The notes under the pieces are model-generated. The model was not told the DNA's origin, ran no database searches, and saw only the letters and a list, made by a program, of their open reading frames with translations. A stretch of 64,000 nt of DNA from an uncultured Anaerolineaceae bacterium (GTDB taxonomy: Bacteria > Chloroflexota > Anaerolineae > Anaerolineales > UBA4823), in assembly GCA_964606085.1 (NCBI GenBank), contig CAZSFD010000014.1, positions 3,469-67,468 of the forward strand, given 5' to 3'. The first letter of the stretch is position 1; every line of letters begins with the position of its first letter. Shown one piece after another: positions 1-9,756 of this stretch. The position numbers and the translations under genes were made by a program.

Positions 1-1
1 G

Positions 2-328
2 AGCGGTGGTGAGCGCGCCACCACCAGCAACCGCATGGAATTGACCGCCGCATTGCAGGCGCTCCAGGCGCTCAAACAACCCTGCCAGGTCACGCTCTAC
101 ACCGATTCAGAGTATCTCAAGCGCGGCGTTACCGAATGGATGGCCGGTTGGCGGCGGCGCGGCTGGAAGCGCAAAGAAGGCGAGTTGGCCAACGCCGACC
201 TGTGGCAGGCGCTCGATCAGGCCATCCAACGCCATCAGATCGCCTGGCATTGGGTGCGCGGCCATGCCAACGACCGCGACAATGAGCGGGTAGATACCTT
301 AGCGCGTGCCGCCATCCGCGGCCGCTGA
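2..328 (+). CDS. rnhA: Ribonuclease HI, C-terminal part (5' end outside window)
   Basis: The frame is open from position 2. The translation ..[58 protein letters not shown] carries the RNase HI motifs (NRMEL, TDS.Y, KGH.....NE..D.LA). Stop at 326-328. Confidence 0.85.
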   Translation, partial: SGGERATTSNRMELTAALQALQALKQPCQVTLYTDSEYLKRGVTEWMAGWRRRGWKRKEGELANADLWQALDQAIQRHQIAWHWVRGHANDRDNERVDTLARAAIRGR

Positions 329-335
329 ACTTTAT

Positions 336-1013
336 TTAAGCGTTAAATGGGGGGTTTTCCAGCCGCAAGCCGTGACCGCGCACCGTGATGATGTAGTTGT
401 TCGTGGGGTCAAGGGCGGCCAGGCGGTCGCGCAGGCGACGCACCAGCGCATCCAGGGCCTGCTCCGAGACATCGGCGGCGTCTTCATCTCCCCATACCAC
501 GGCTGACATCTCGCGGCGGTCTACCACGCGGCCATCGCGTTCATAGAGGAGTTCCAACAGGCGAAACTGCGAAACCGAAAGCGGCGGCAGCAGTTCGTGT
601 TCGTTCACCCACACCCGCCGCGAGCGCTTTTCCAGGCGCAGGTGGCGTGGCATCTGGAAGCCGATATCCGTTTCCATCACCGCTTCCAGCGGCATGGTAG
701 CCGTTGCATCAGAAGTGACGAACATGAATTTCTGCACCAGGGCAACCTGGATCACATCCCCATCGTGCAGCCATATTGGCCCGCTGGCAGGTTGGCCGTT
801 GTGGTGCGTTCCGTTTTTGCTGCCCAGGTCTTCCATTCTAATCCCTTCGGGCAGCACCTGGAAGCGCACATGGTAACGCGAGACCTGTCGGTCTGAAATG
901 GTGATGTCGCAACTGGCGTCGCGGCCCACCAGGTAATCTTTCGTCAATGGGAAACGGTGTCCATTCAAAGGGCCGCTTTTACCGATCAAAATGGGGACAT
1001 CATCATTTACCAC
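336..1013 (-). CDS. FHA domain fused to OmpR/PhoB-type winged-helix DNA-binding domain
   Basis: FHA motifs are GRDASCDITISDRQVSRYHVRF and DLGSKNGTHHNG. The C-terminal effector-like segment reads LSVSQFRLLELLYERDGRVVDRREMSAVVWG..LDALVRRLRDRL..ITVRGHGLRLE. I place the start at GTG 1013 because AGGAGG (complement of 1019-1024) lies 6 nt upstream. The track start at 1070 is a TTG that would overlap the divergent kinase gene. Confidence 0.8.
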   Translation of the reverse strand: MVNDDVPILIGKSGPLNGHRFPLTKDYLVGRDASCDITISDRQVSRYHVRFQVLPEGIRMEDLGSKNGTHHNGQPASGPIWLHDGDVIQVALVQKFMFVTSDATATMPLEAVMETDIGFQMPRHLRLEKRSRRVWVNEHELLPPLSVSQFRLLELLYERDGRVVDRREMSAVVWGDEDAADVSEQALDALVRRLRDRLAALDPTNNYIITVRGHGLRLENPPFNA

Positions 1014-1030
1014 AGGCTTCCTCCTGCGGG

Positions 1031-1036
1031 TATAAT
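1031..1036 (+). promoter_or_regulatory. -10 TATAAT candidate for the Ser/Thr kinase gene
   Basis: GGGTATAAT lies 17 nt upstream of ATG 1054, with no SD in between. It sits within the 40-bp divergent spacer, next to the SD of the FHA gene. Confidence 0.4.
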
Positions 1037-1053
1037 AACACAACCCACTTGCT

Positions 1054-2043
1054 ATGCCAACACCACTCAAACCCGGAGAAACTTTACGCGGCCGCTATCA
1101 AATTCGCCGCATCATCGGCCAGGGGGGCATGGGGAGCATTTACCTGGCCGAGGATAACCGTCTCGAAGGCCGTCAGTGCGCTTTGAAAGAAGTCGAACAC
1201 GACCGCTCGATGCCGACCGATTTGTTGCGCCAGGCCCGCGACCAGTTTCAACGCGAGGCCACTGTGCTGGCCCGTCTCGATCATCCCAATTTGCCCAAAG
1301 TCTCTGACTTCTTTTCGCAGGGCGGGCGCGATTACCTGGTGATGGATTTCATCCCTGGCGAAGATTTACGCACCATTTTGAGCGAAAGCCGCCAGAAGGG
1401 GGCATTTTTGGCCGAAGCCGAGGTGCTGACCTGGGCCAGTCAGTTGGCCGATGCGCTTGAATATCTGCACAGCCAGGAGCCGCCGATCTTGCATCGCGAC
1501 ATTAAGCCGGGCAATATCAAGCTGACGCCCAGCGGCCTGGTCAAACTGGTGGATTTTGGCCTGGTGAAAATCCTCGCTTCTGATGAAATGACCGTGACTG
1601 TGCTGCAGGGTCGTGGCACCGTGCAATATACTCCCCTGGAGCAATATGGCGGCGATGCCGGCCACACCGATGTGCGCAGTGATGTCTACGCTTTTGGCGC
1701 GACGCTTTACCATCTATTGACTAATTCGGCACCCGTAGAAGCACGCGAGCGCTTTTTGCACCCCGATAGCCTTACTTCCCCACGCCAGATCAATCCTGAA
1801 ATCACCCCGCGCACCGAACGCGCCATCTTATGGGCGATGAATTTGCATCCCGATGAGCGTCCACCCTCCATCAAGGCTTTTCGCCAGGCTCTGCTGGGCG
1901 ATTGGCAAATTTCTTCCCGCCCGGGTCACTCACTGCCGGGCCTCAGCCTGGTGGATGTGTTGGCGATGACGCCGGAACGTTTTTTGTTGTTGTTGGCGGG
2001 GGGAGTCGTGATTGTCAGTTTGCTGGCTACTTTGTTCCGTTAG
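1054..2043 (+). CDS. Hanks-type Ser/Thr protein kinase, C-terminally tail-anchored
   Basis: Motifs seen: glycine loop [16 protein letters not shown] lysine, [19 protein letters not shown] single hydrophobic helix ([19 protein letters not shown]) sits at the extreme C-terminus, and there is no extracellular domain. Confidence 0.9.
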   Translation: MPTPLKPGETLRGRYQIRRIIGQGGMGSIYLAEDNRLEGRQCALKEVEHDRSMPTDLLRQARDQFQREATVLARLDHPNLPKVSDFFSQGGRDYLVMDFIPGEDLRTILSESRQKGAFLAEAEVLTWASQLADALEYLHSQEPPILHRDIKPGNIKLTPSGLVKLVDFGLVKILASDEMTVTVLQGRGTVQYTPLEQYGGDAGHTDVRSDVYAFGATLYHLLTNSAPVEARERFLHPDSLTSPRQINPEITPRTERAILWAMNLHPDERPPSIKAFRQALLGDWQISSRPGHSLPGLSLVDVLAMTPERFLLLLAGGVVIVSLLATLFR

Positions 2044-4930
2044 CGCGCCCGCGCAGGGCCAGCCGCCAGGCCCAGGCCGCCAGGCTGCCGAGTAAAGCGC
2101 CGGCCAGGGCCAATCCCATCACCCCCCAAATTTCCATCGCTTCCAAAAAGTCTTCGCTGCCCGGCCAATTCAAGGCCAGGTATGTGTAAGCGGCCATGCC
2201 CCCGGCCAGCGCCATCAAGCTGATCCGCACTGCCCATCGCACATTGCCGAAGTATCCTCCGAGCAGGTAGCCGATTGCCGCGATCACCAGGCTGATCAGG
2301 GTGGCCATGAACCAATCGCCGAACTGGGTTTGGGCAGGTTCGGGGGTGGGCGTGAGCGTGGGGGTGGGCGTCAGGGTCAGGGTAGGGGGCGGCTGAGTCT
2401 GGCTGGGGGCTGTAGTGTCGGTGAGGGTGGGGGGCGGGACGGTGGGTGTTTCGGTGGGGGTGGGGATTTCGGGCGTCACGTCCACGGGTGCAGGCACTTC
2501 AAAAGGCAGTGCAGCCGATTGACGTGCTTCGCCGCTTTCAACCCGCACTTCCCATTTGCCAGGGTTTTCGATGCGATAGACGGTGCGCGCAACGCCTTGC
2601 ATGGTGAGCGCTTCGCTCTGCTGAATGATTGGGTTATCGCCCAGGCGTGTGAAGGTGAAGCGCACAATCGTGCCATCGGGAACGATATTGCCGTTGTAAT
2701 CCACAATCGGGCCAGTCCGCAGCGGGACGATTTGCTCCAGTTCGAATACTTCGGGCAGCGGGGTGGACTCGATGGCCGGGGTAGGCGTGGCTTCTGTTGG
2801 TTGTGGAAAATCAAACTCGATCTGGATGGTCTGGTTGGGGTCTGGAAAGACAACTTTGTTGAGATCGTAGCCGATGCCTGGCACGCTGACCGGAAGAACC
2901 CCGGGGGCGCGAATTTCCTGGTAGAGCAGGCGGGCTGCCATATCCACAAAAACTGAATTTTTATTGGGCCCGTGGCTGTACAGGGCATAATAGGCGGTGA
3001 TCTTCGAGATGTCGGTCGCATCCAGGTAATAGGGGGCGGTGAAGGCGAAAACAATCAGCTTTTTCTGTCGGAATAGATCGGGCCGCTGATTGAGAAAATT
3101 GCGCAGCGCATAGGAGGATGGTTGCGCCGGGTTCATATCCAGCATTGAAAAGACAATCCAATCGGCGTTTTTGAGGTCATTCTCAATTTGCGCGACCCCC
3201 ACCCCAACCTCTAACATGCTTTGCAAATCTTGAAAGGTGTACGATTTCAAATTGTTAGCCAGCACCTGCCCGCCGCGGTTATAGAGGCGAAAGACGGCTG
3301 ATTCGAGCGCATTGGCTGGCAGGATGAATTGTTCCGGGCAGCGCGTACATTGACGATAGGTGCGCGTATCGGTGACGAACACGATCTGATCGTTGCGGTC
3401 AGGTGGCGATGGCAAGGTATCGGCCAATTCGGCCTGGCTGGGGCTGAGCAGGGTGGCCGAGTTGCTGGCGGTGGTGAGAATTTGCTGGTTGTTTGCTTGT
3501 AAAGCGGCCAGGTCGGTTTGGTCTTTCAAGACCTGTGAAATGCTGAAGCGCTCGCCATACAGGCGGTATTTCAACGTCAATATGCGCAGCACCGATTCAT
3601 CCACCCGCTGGGCAAAAGTTTCATCTTCGCGATACTTTGCGGTAAAAAAATTGAGCGTATCTACGATAGAAGTGAATGAATCGGGATCACCGCTGGCAGT
3701 GAAGTTGCCCAGGTAGAGGATGTCGTTGCCGGCCAGGAAGGCGTCGCGGGCGACAAAAGCGCTGTCGAAAGTTTGCCCGGTGGGATCATAAAACCGGCGC
3801 ACGGCCCGGCTGCCCAGGTCGGCGCTGACCAACACGCCGCCATTCTCGCGCCAGGTTTGAATCGGTTGCAAGGTGGTGATTTGCGTCAGGGCTTCTGCGT
3901 CGAAGCTGACCGGTTTGGTGGTATCGCGAATGTTATCCTGAAACCCCTGGTAACGGATGTGCGATACCAGCAGCGCATCGGTGGTGGCTTCGGCGTCGGG
4001 GGCGTTGCCCGTGACCGCGAAAAAGGGGGCCAGTTCGATCAGCTTGAGGGTTTCGAGCGGTTTGCGTACTGTGGATACTTCTTCTTCAGGCGGGCGGTCT
4101 GAGCCGCCAAAGCCGGGGAAATTTTTGGCAACCACGATCATCTGTCCCTGGCTGCCCTGGTGGATGCCGCGGATATACGCCCCACCCAATTGCCCCACCC
4201 AATAGGGGTCGCCGCCAAAGGCGCGCACGCCCATATCGCCGCTGCTATCGGGGCGCGGGGTGTCTAACACGTCGAGCGAGGGGCCGAGCAGCATGTTGAA
4301 GCCGAGGGCGTTCAGTTCGCTGCCCAGCACCGCGCCGATGTTGAGCGCCTGCTGGGTATCCCAGGTTGCGCCGATGGTCATGGGGTTGGGTAGTGAGGTC
4401 AGGCCAAAGTAAATTTGGTCGAAGGGGTAGCCGTCGCCATCTTGTATGGTGGTGATGAATAAGGGAATGTAGGCGCTGGCTGCTGCGCCCTCGCTTTGCG
4501 CCTGTTGGGAAGCGTTGAATTTGTTGAGCTGTAGCTGGCGGATCAGGTTTTGCGCTTCTGATGCGGTGACCTCGGGGGCGAGGAAATTATCATTGGCGGC
4601 CAGCATGACCACGCCGCCGATGTGATGGTCTACGATCAGTTTGTAGATTGGGGTGGGGGAACTGGCATCGGGGCCGGTGAAGGTGACGAGAAATAACTGC
4701 CCGACGCGTTCTTCAGGGGTCAATGTATCCAGCAACGCCCGCGCGCTATCGGCGGGGGCAATGCCCTGGGCGGCTGGCGCCGCGCGCCCGGCCTGGCTGG
4801 GCAGGAACAGGCTGAACAGCGCCACGAAGGTGAGCAGGCGAAAGAGGGCGATTCTCATGCGGTTCTTCTTCTGCCGGGTGATCCACCTGCGCCTGGCGTT
4901 GGCGGGGGTGGGCTGTTGCAGAAGGTTCAA
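2027..4930 (-). CDS. Glycoside hydrolase family 3-like exo-enzyme with PT-rich linker and C-terminal membrane anchor
   Basis: GH3 N-domain motifs are [15 protein letters not shown] and [11 protein letters not shown]. The signal-like segment [23 protein letters not shown] gives an alternative start at 4858. A long PT linker is followed by about 3 hydrophobic helices at the C-terminus. The ATGA overlap with the upstream gene uses the 4930 start. Confidence 0.8.
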   Translation of the reverse strand: MNLLQQPTPANARRRWITRQKKNRMRIALFRLLTFVALFSLFLPSQAGRAAPAAQGIAPADSARALLDTLTPEERVGQLFLVTFTGPDASSPTPIYKLIVDHHIGGVVMLAANDNFLAPEVTASEAQNLIRQLQLNKFNASQQAQSEGAAASAYIPLFITTIQDGDGYPFDQIYFGLTSLPNPMTIGATWDTQQALNIGAVLGSELNALGFNMLLGPSLDVLDTPRPDSSGDMGVRAFGGDPYWVGQLGGAYIRGIHQGSQGQMIVVAKNFPGFGGSDRPPEEEVSTVRKPLETLKLIELAPFFAVTGNAPDAEATTDALLVSHIRYQGFQDNIRDTTKPVSFDAEALTQITTLQPIQTWRENGGVLVSADLGSRAVRRFYDPTGQTFDSAFVARDAFLAGNDILYLGNFTASGDPDSFTSIVDTLNFFTAKYREDETFAQRVDESVLRILTLKYRLYGERFSISQVLKDQTDLAALQANNQQILTTASNSATLLSPSQAELADTLPSPPDRNDQIVFVTDTRTYRQCTRCPEQFILPANALESAVFRLYNRGGQVLANNLKSYTFQDLQSMLEVGVGVAQIENDLKNADWIVFSMLDMNPAQPSSYALRNFLNQRPDLFRQKKLIVFAFTAPYYLDATDISKITAYYALYSHGPNKNSVFVDMAARLLYQEIRAPGVLPVSVPGIGYDLNKVVFPDPNQTIQIEFDFPQPTEATPTPAIESTPLPEVFELEQIVPLRTGPIVDYNGNIVPDGTIVRFTFTRLGDNPIIQQSEALTMQGVARTVYRIENPGKWEVRVESGEARQSAALPFEVPAPVDVTPEIPTPTETPTVPPPTLTDTTAPSQTQPPPTLTLTPTPTLTPTPEPAQTQFGDWFMATLISLVIAAIGYLLGGYFGNVRWAVRISLMALAGGMAAYTYLALNWPGSEDFLEAMEIWGVMGLALAGALLGSLAAWAWRLALRGRANGTK

Positions 4931-5748
4931 TGTCCAAGTTCTTGTTGCAAGATGGTGTGCATCAGTTCGCGGCGGGCCGCGCCGCCGAGGGTCTCCAGGC
5001 GGCGGATGCCGAGGGGGTCAATTTCCTGGCGCAGCAGCCGAATTTCCTCGGCGGTGGGGGGCGGTGTTTCGGGCAGGTCGGTGGCTATTTGCAGTTCGAA
5101 GCCGGTTTGCGCCTGGATTTTTTCGATGGTCACGCCGGGATGCCGCGAGATCAGCCGCATGTGACCCTCGGCAAAGTCGAATTGGCCCAAATCTGAAACC
5201 AGGTAGCTGGCCCCTGCCCCGCCGCTGCGTCCCTCGTGATGGCCCAATCCAGAACAAAAGTCAAGCTGCGCGACAAAGGTCAGGCGGGTGTGGCGCGGGA
5301 CGTACAGATAGACGTGCCGGGTATACGTGGTCACATCGGGGATGCCGCCCGTGCCGGGCAGGCGCAGGCGCGGCTTGAGGTAGTTTTTGCCGATGGCGAT
5401 GTTGTTGAAATTGCCATGCGCATCCACTTGCGCCGGACGGAAAAATTCTTTGGGCTGCAACCGGTACAGCACATCGGCCACGGCGCGCCCGAAACCGATG
5501 TTGACCAGTGAGCGATCCAGCCACAGGCTTTCGACGGTGGCCAGCCCCAGGGGGGCCGGCTGGCGGCAAATGCCCTGCCCAATGGCCGAAACAAAGTACA
5601 GGTTGGGTGCGTGGGTGTGCCTCGCCAGCAGATAGGCGGCGGTGACGAGGGGGGTGGCAATCCCCTGGGCCACCACTTCGCCATCCATAATTTGCCGGGC
5701 GATGCAGGAAACCATCAATTCATCGGGTGTGAAATCGAAAGACAACAT
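4927..5748 (-). CDS. CoA-transferase beta-subunit-like protein (GctB/IpdB-like)
   Basis: Overall resemblance to family I CoA-transferase B subunits (..CIARQI.DGEVVAQGIATPLV.., LPGTGGIPD, VSDLGQFDF). No alpha subunit is adjacent. Confidence 0.65.
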   Translation of the reverse strand: MLSFDFTPDELMVSCIARQIMDGEVVAQGIATPLVTAAYLLARHTHAPNLYFVSAIGQGICRQPAPLGLATVESLWLDRSLVNIGFGRAVADVLYRLQPKEFFRPAQVDAHGNFNNIAIGKNYLKPRLRLPGTGGIPDVTTYTRHVYLYVPRHTRLTFVAQLDFCSGLGHHEGRSGGAGASYLVSDLGQFDFAEGHMRLISRHPGVTIEKIQAQTGFELQIATDLPETPPPTAEEIRLLRQEIDPLGIRRLETLGGAARRELMHTILQQELGH

Positions 5749-5754
5749 AAATCT

Positions 5755-5763
5755 ATTCTACCA
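5755..5763 (-). promoter_or_regulatory. Extended -10 TGGTAGAAT, 6 nt upstream of the CoA-transferase ATG
   Basis: The complement of attctacca reads TGGTAGAAT. Six nt (agattt) separate it from ATG 5748, and there is no Shine-Dalgarno sequence. Confidence 0.45.
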
Positions 5764-5805
5764 TTCCGCCCCTGGATTTGCCCTGGTATAGACTGTACGA
5801 AAAAA

Positions 5806-6594
5806 TTAGCCTGCGGCAGGTTGTTGATGCGTCCCCTGCAAAACCTGGCGCGCCAGCCGGGGATCATCGGTGAAGATGCCATCTACCCCCAGGTGGAACA
5901 GGCGCTGCATTTCGGCGGGATCGTTGACCGTCCACACATGCACACGGCAGCCGCGCCGGTGAATTTGCGCTACCAGGCGCGGTGTGGTATCGTCCCCGGC
6001 AGGGTGCAATGCCTGGTAGCGTACCAGCCGATACCCCAACCACGAACGCAGCGGCCAGCCGTGCCAGCCTGGCAGGGTCAGTAAACCGACTGGCACTTCA
6101 GGAAGCAGGGCCTGGGTGCGCAACAGGGTGCGCGGGTTGAAAGATGAAAAGAGTACGCTGTCGGTCAGGTGGTGTTTCTTGACCAGTTCCACCACTTTAT
6201 CGGGGAGGTCATCTTGGGGGGAGGCATAATTGGTCAGTTCGACGTTAATGAAAGTGCGCTGCCCGACCACCTCAAACACTTCGTTGAGTGTGGGGATCGG
6301 TTCGCCGCAATAGGCGACATCGAAAAATGAGCCGGCGTCAAGTTTTTTGAGCGCTTTGAGGGGCAGTTCGGCCACTTTGCCGCTGCCGTTTGTGGTGCGA
6401 TCCACCGTTTGATCGTGAATGACGACGACATGCCCATCGGCGGAGAGTTTGGCATCCAGTTCAATCGCGTCGGCGTTGTGCAGCAAGGCCAGCGTGAAGG
6501 CAGCCAGCGTGTTTTCGGGGGCATGGGCGCTGGCACCGCGATGGGCAAAGATGGTGGGTGACATGGTCAAACTAAAGTTCAACGAAGTAGGCAT
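5806..6594 (-). CDS. Glycerophosphodiester phosphodiesterase
   Basis: GDPD motifs are IFAHRGASAHAPENTLAAF, IELDAKLSADGHVVVIHD and VWTVND. An alternative ATG at 6564 would remove the 23-nt overlap with the upstream gene. Confidence 0.85.
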   Translation of the reverse strand: MPTSLNFSLTMSPTIFAHRGASAHAPENTLAAFTLALLHNADAIELDAKLSADGHVVVIHDQTVDRTTNGSGKVAELPLKALKKLDAGSFFDVAYCGEPIPTLNEVFEVVGQRTFINVELTNYASPQDDLPDKVVELVKKHHLTDSVLFSSFNPRTLLRTQALLPEVPVGLLTLPGWHGWPLRSWLGYRLVRYQALHPAGDDTTPRLVAQIHRRGCRVHVWTVNDPAEMQRLFHLGVDGIFTDDPRLARQVLQGTHQQPAAG

Positions 6595-8005
6595 CGGCAG
6601 CGCGGTCGATTAAGTCGCGGCTCATCACAGGTTCGGTGGCCATGTAGCGGGCAATGTCGAGAATCTGATCGCACAGGTCGCGGGGGTGCGAGGCGCGCAG
6701 CTTGCGATTGCGCTTGATATACCATTCTTGCAGCAGGTAGGCCAGGCCCTCATCTTTATAGATCACCCCTTTGGCTTCGGCGGTGCGCTTGAACACTTCG
6801 CGGTATTCCTCGAAGTTTGGGTCGCCGATTTCAATTTTGTGGCGCAGGCGGCGCAGAAAGGCTTCGTCTACCAGGTCGCGTGGTGGCAGGTTGGTGGAAA
6901 AGACCACCAAAACATCGAAGGGGATTTCGATCTTGCGGCCCGTATGCAGGGTCAGAAAGTCGACGCGGTTTTCGAGTGGGACAATCCAGCGGTTGAGCAG
7001 GTCGCGCGGGCGTACCAGTTGACGGCCAAAGTCATCAATCAGCAGGATTCCGCCATTGGCTTTGACCTGGAAGGGGGCTTCGTAGAATTTGTTGGTGTCA
7101 TCGAAAACCAGGTCGAGCCCTTCGAGGGTTAATTCACCGCCTACCACGATGAAGGGGCGGCGTATCCTTACCCAACGTGGGTCTCGCCGACCACCGGTGC
7201 GCAGACCGCCGGTGCCACTGGCAATGGGTGTCTGTTCTTCGGCCAATTGGTGGTTGACCGAGTCGTAGAGCTTGACCACCTGGCCTTCGATGTAAATGGC
7301 ATGGGGAATGTACATGCTTTCGCGCAGCATCATGTTGCCAATGGCGCGCGCTACACTGGTCTTGCCGTTGCCTGGCGGGCCATACATAAAAATAGACGTG
7401 CCGGAGTTAACCGCCGGGCCGATGCGGTGGAAGGTTTTTTCGGACAGGGTCAGGTGGGCGAGCGCCTGGCGCATGACGCGGTTGGTAATGGTTACACGGG
7501 CTTGCCCTTGCTTTTTGATGGCATCGTTGTAGACGTCAATGGGCACGGGGGCCGGCCCGGCATATTGGCTGCGTTCGAGCGCTTCGCGCGCCCGGGTGAT
7601 CCCGGCGCTGGTGATGGCATATTGGTAAGCGCCCTCACCCAGGCCAATCTGTGATGACTTGACCTCGACCAGTTTTTCGCGTTTGAGCGTGTCCAAAATC
7701 TGATCAATGACCCCGGTAAACGGCAGGCAGATCAGTTCGGCAATTTTGAAACCGCTCAGGTAGCCGCCGAAATAGAGGATTTTCAGCGCCAGGTCTTGCA
7801 GCCATAGCGGTGAAAGGCCGGTATCTTCGATTTTCGAGATGGGTGAGGGGGTAAATGCAGCACCGGTCGTCAGGCTGCCGCTGCTGGCGGGTTGGGCGGG
7901 CGGCGGCGTGGGTTGCTGCGGCTGTGGTCTGAGACCGCCGGATGTACGGAGGGTACCAGATGGTGCGCCAGGTGTACCAACTCGGTTGTTAGGGGGCAGT
8001 TTCAT
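6572..8005 (-). CDS. AAA+ ATPase with Pro-rich N-terminus and winged-helix-like N-domain
   Basis: Motifs seen: Walker A YGPPGNGKTSVARAIG, Walker B-like ILLIDDFGRQ, and VVFSTNLPPRDLVDEAFLRRL. GGAGAA lies upstream of ATG 8005. Confidence 0.75.
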   Translation of the reverse strand: MKLPPNNRVGTPGAPSGTLRTSGGLRPQPQQPTPPPAQPASSGSLTTGAAFTPSPISKIEDTGLSPLWLQDLALKILYFGGYLSGFKIAELICLPFTGVIDQILDTLKREKLVEVKSSQIGLGEGAYQYAITSAGITRAREALERSQYAGPAPVPIDVYNDAIKKQGQARVTITNRVMRQALAHLTLSEKTFHRIGPAVNSGTSIFMYGPPGNGKTSVARAIGNMMLRESMYIPHAIYIEGQVVKLYDSVNHQLAEEQTPIASGTGGLRTGGRRDPRWVRIRRPFIVVGGELTLEGLDLVFDDTNKFYEAPFQVKANGGILLIDDFGRQLVRPRDLLNRWIVPLENRVDFLTLHTGRKIEIPFDVLVVFSTNLPPRDLVDEAFLRRLRHKIEIGDPNFEEYREVFKRTAEAKGVIYKDEGLAYLLQEWYIKRNRKLRASHPRDLCDQILDIARYMATEPVMSRDLIDRAADAYFVEL

Positions 8006-8050
8006 GGGTTATTCTCCGAATTTTCTGTATCGGATAATCATTGTTTTTTC

Positions 8051-8059
8051 ATTATAGCA
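8051..8059 (-). promoter_or_regulatory. Extended -10 element TGCTATAAT (minus strand) for the AAA+ gene
   Basis: The complement of attatagca reads TGCTATAAT. GAGACA lies about 18 nt upstream on the same strand. The element sits about 45 nt upstream of ATG 8005 and overlaps the recJ stop codon. Confidence 0.45.
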
Positions 8060-9752
8060 CGCCCGCTGGCTTGATGTCTCGGACGTTCAATTGTAGTGAA
8101 ACCCGCCCGTTATATTCGTTGCTTTCAAATGAATACAGCAAATCTACCTTGGGTGGCAATTGGCCCAGCCAATGGCCCTGGCGAAAGGCGATGGCGTCGT
8201 AGTACACCTTGCCATCGCTGATGGTCAACTTGAGATGGCTGCTGTCGCGTCCTACCGAACGGGCATTGACCACCCGCACCTGGCGCGAAACGAAGTAAGC
8301 CTGGGCATTGCCATACCCGGTGGGTTGCAGCCAACTCAGCCATTCCAGGATTTCGGGTTTCAGATCGCTTAGCGGCAGCCTGAGGTCGGCATGAAGGCTG
8401 GGGCGCAGATCGAGGCCGGCCAGTTCGCGCTGGGCGATGCCTTCCAGCCGCTCGACCAGTTCGGGCAGCAGTTGGTTGCGCACGGTAAAGCCGGCGGCTG
8501 CGGCGTGGCCGCCGTGGTGTTCGAGCAGGTCGGCGCATTGATCGAGGGCGTTGGTGATGTGGAACTCGCGAATGCTGCGGCACGAGCCACGCGTAAATTC
8601 CTCTCCCTGGTGGGCGACGATGGCTGGGCGGTAATGCGCCTCGGTCAGTCGCGAGGCCACCAGCCCGACCACACCGGGGTTGAACTGCGGGTGAACGGCG
8701 AAAAGCAGCAGGGCAGTGGGTTTGTGCGCCAGGGCAATTTGCTCTGCCTGGGTTTGCATCTCGCGGGTGAGCGCCTGGCGTTCGCGGTTTTGCATTTCCA
8801 GGCGTTGCGCCAGGCCGCCGGCAACCTGGATGTCGCGGGTGGTCAACAAATCATAGGCGGCCAGCGCCGATTCGAGCCTCCCGGCGGCGTTCAGACGCGG
8901 CCCCAGGCCAAAGCCGATGTCGGTGGCGGTCAGGCTTTCGGGCTTCAAACCCGCCACGCCGATCAAGGAGCGCAACCCCTGGCGCTGCGACTGGCGCAGC
9001 ACGGCTAATCCCTGGCGCACCAGGGCGCGGTTTTCGCCGACCAGGGGGGCCATATCGGCCACGGTGCCGAGTGCGACCAGATCGAGTAATGTTTGGGGCT
9101 GAAAGTTGGCTGGTTGAAGGGCCGTGCAGAGGGCATCGGCCAGTTTGTAGGCCAACCCAACCCCGGCCAGGTCTTTATCGGGATAGGTGTCAGCGGGTTG
9201 TTTGGGGTTGATGATGGCAATGGCCTGGGGCATTTCACCCGCCGGGTGATGGTGATCGGTGATGATCAAATCCAGGCCGATGCGCCGGGCGTGCAGGGCT
9301 TCTTCAATAGATCGGATGCCGCAATCTACGGTGATGACCAGGCGGATGCCTTCTTCTGCCAGGTTGCCCAGGGCTTCGTTGTTCAGCCCGTAGCCTTCAT
9401 CGAAACGATTGGGAATATAGCCGCGTACCCTGGCCCCCAGCGTGTGTAAGGTTTGCACCAGCAGCACGGTGGCGGTCACGCCGTCTGTGTCGTAATCGCC
9501 ATAGACGGCGATGGCCTCGTCGTGTTGAATGGCAAAGCGAATGCGTTCAACGGCAGCGGCCATGCCGAGCAGATTTTCTGCCGCGCAGCCTGGCGGGGGC
9601 TTTCCTTCGAGAAACAGGCGCGCCGATTCGCTGTCGGCGTAACCGCGGTTGTATAAAATTTGCCGTAAAACAGGGGGGAAGCCATGTAAGGCCCGGTGGA
9701 CTTCATCGGGCAGGGGCGGTGGGATGTGCCAGGTTTTTTCGAGCGGTGGCAT
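8052..9752 (-). CDS. recJ: Single-stranded-DNA-specific exonuclease RecJ
   Basis: DHH family motifs are VYGDYDTDGVTA, ITVDCG and IITDHHHP, followed by a C-terminal OB-like region. Confidence 0.9.
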   Translation of the reverse strand: MPPLEKTWHIPPPLPDEVHRALHGFPPVLRQILYNRGYADSESARLFLEGKPPPGCAAENLLGMAAAVERIRFAIQHDEAIAVYGDYDTDGVTATVLLVQTLHTLGARVRGYIPNRFDEGYGLNNEALGNLAEEGIRLVITVDCGIRSIEEALHARRIGLDLIITDHHHPAGEMPQAIAIINPKQPADTYPDKDLAGVGLAYKLADALCTALQPANFQPQTLLDLVALGTVADMAPLVGENRALVRQGLAVLRQSQRQGLRSLIGVAGLKPESLTATDIGFGLGPRLNAAGRLESALAAYDLLTTRDIQVAGGLAQRLEMQNRERQALTREMQTQAEQIALAHKPTALLLFAVHPQFNPGVVGLVASRLTEAHYRPAIVAHQGEEFTRGSCRSIREFHITNALDQCADLLEHHGGHAAAAGFTVRNQLLPELVERLEGIAQRELAGLDLRPSLHADLRLPLSDLKPEILEWLSWLQPTGYGNAQAYFVSRQVRVVNARSVGRDSSHLKLTISDGKVYYDAIAFRQGHWLGQLPPKVDLLYSFESNEYNGRVSLQLNVRDIKPAGVL

Positions 9753-9756
9753 GGCG

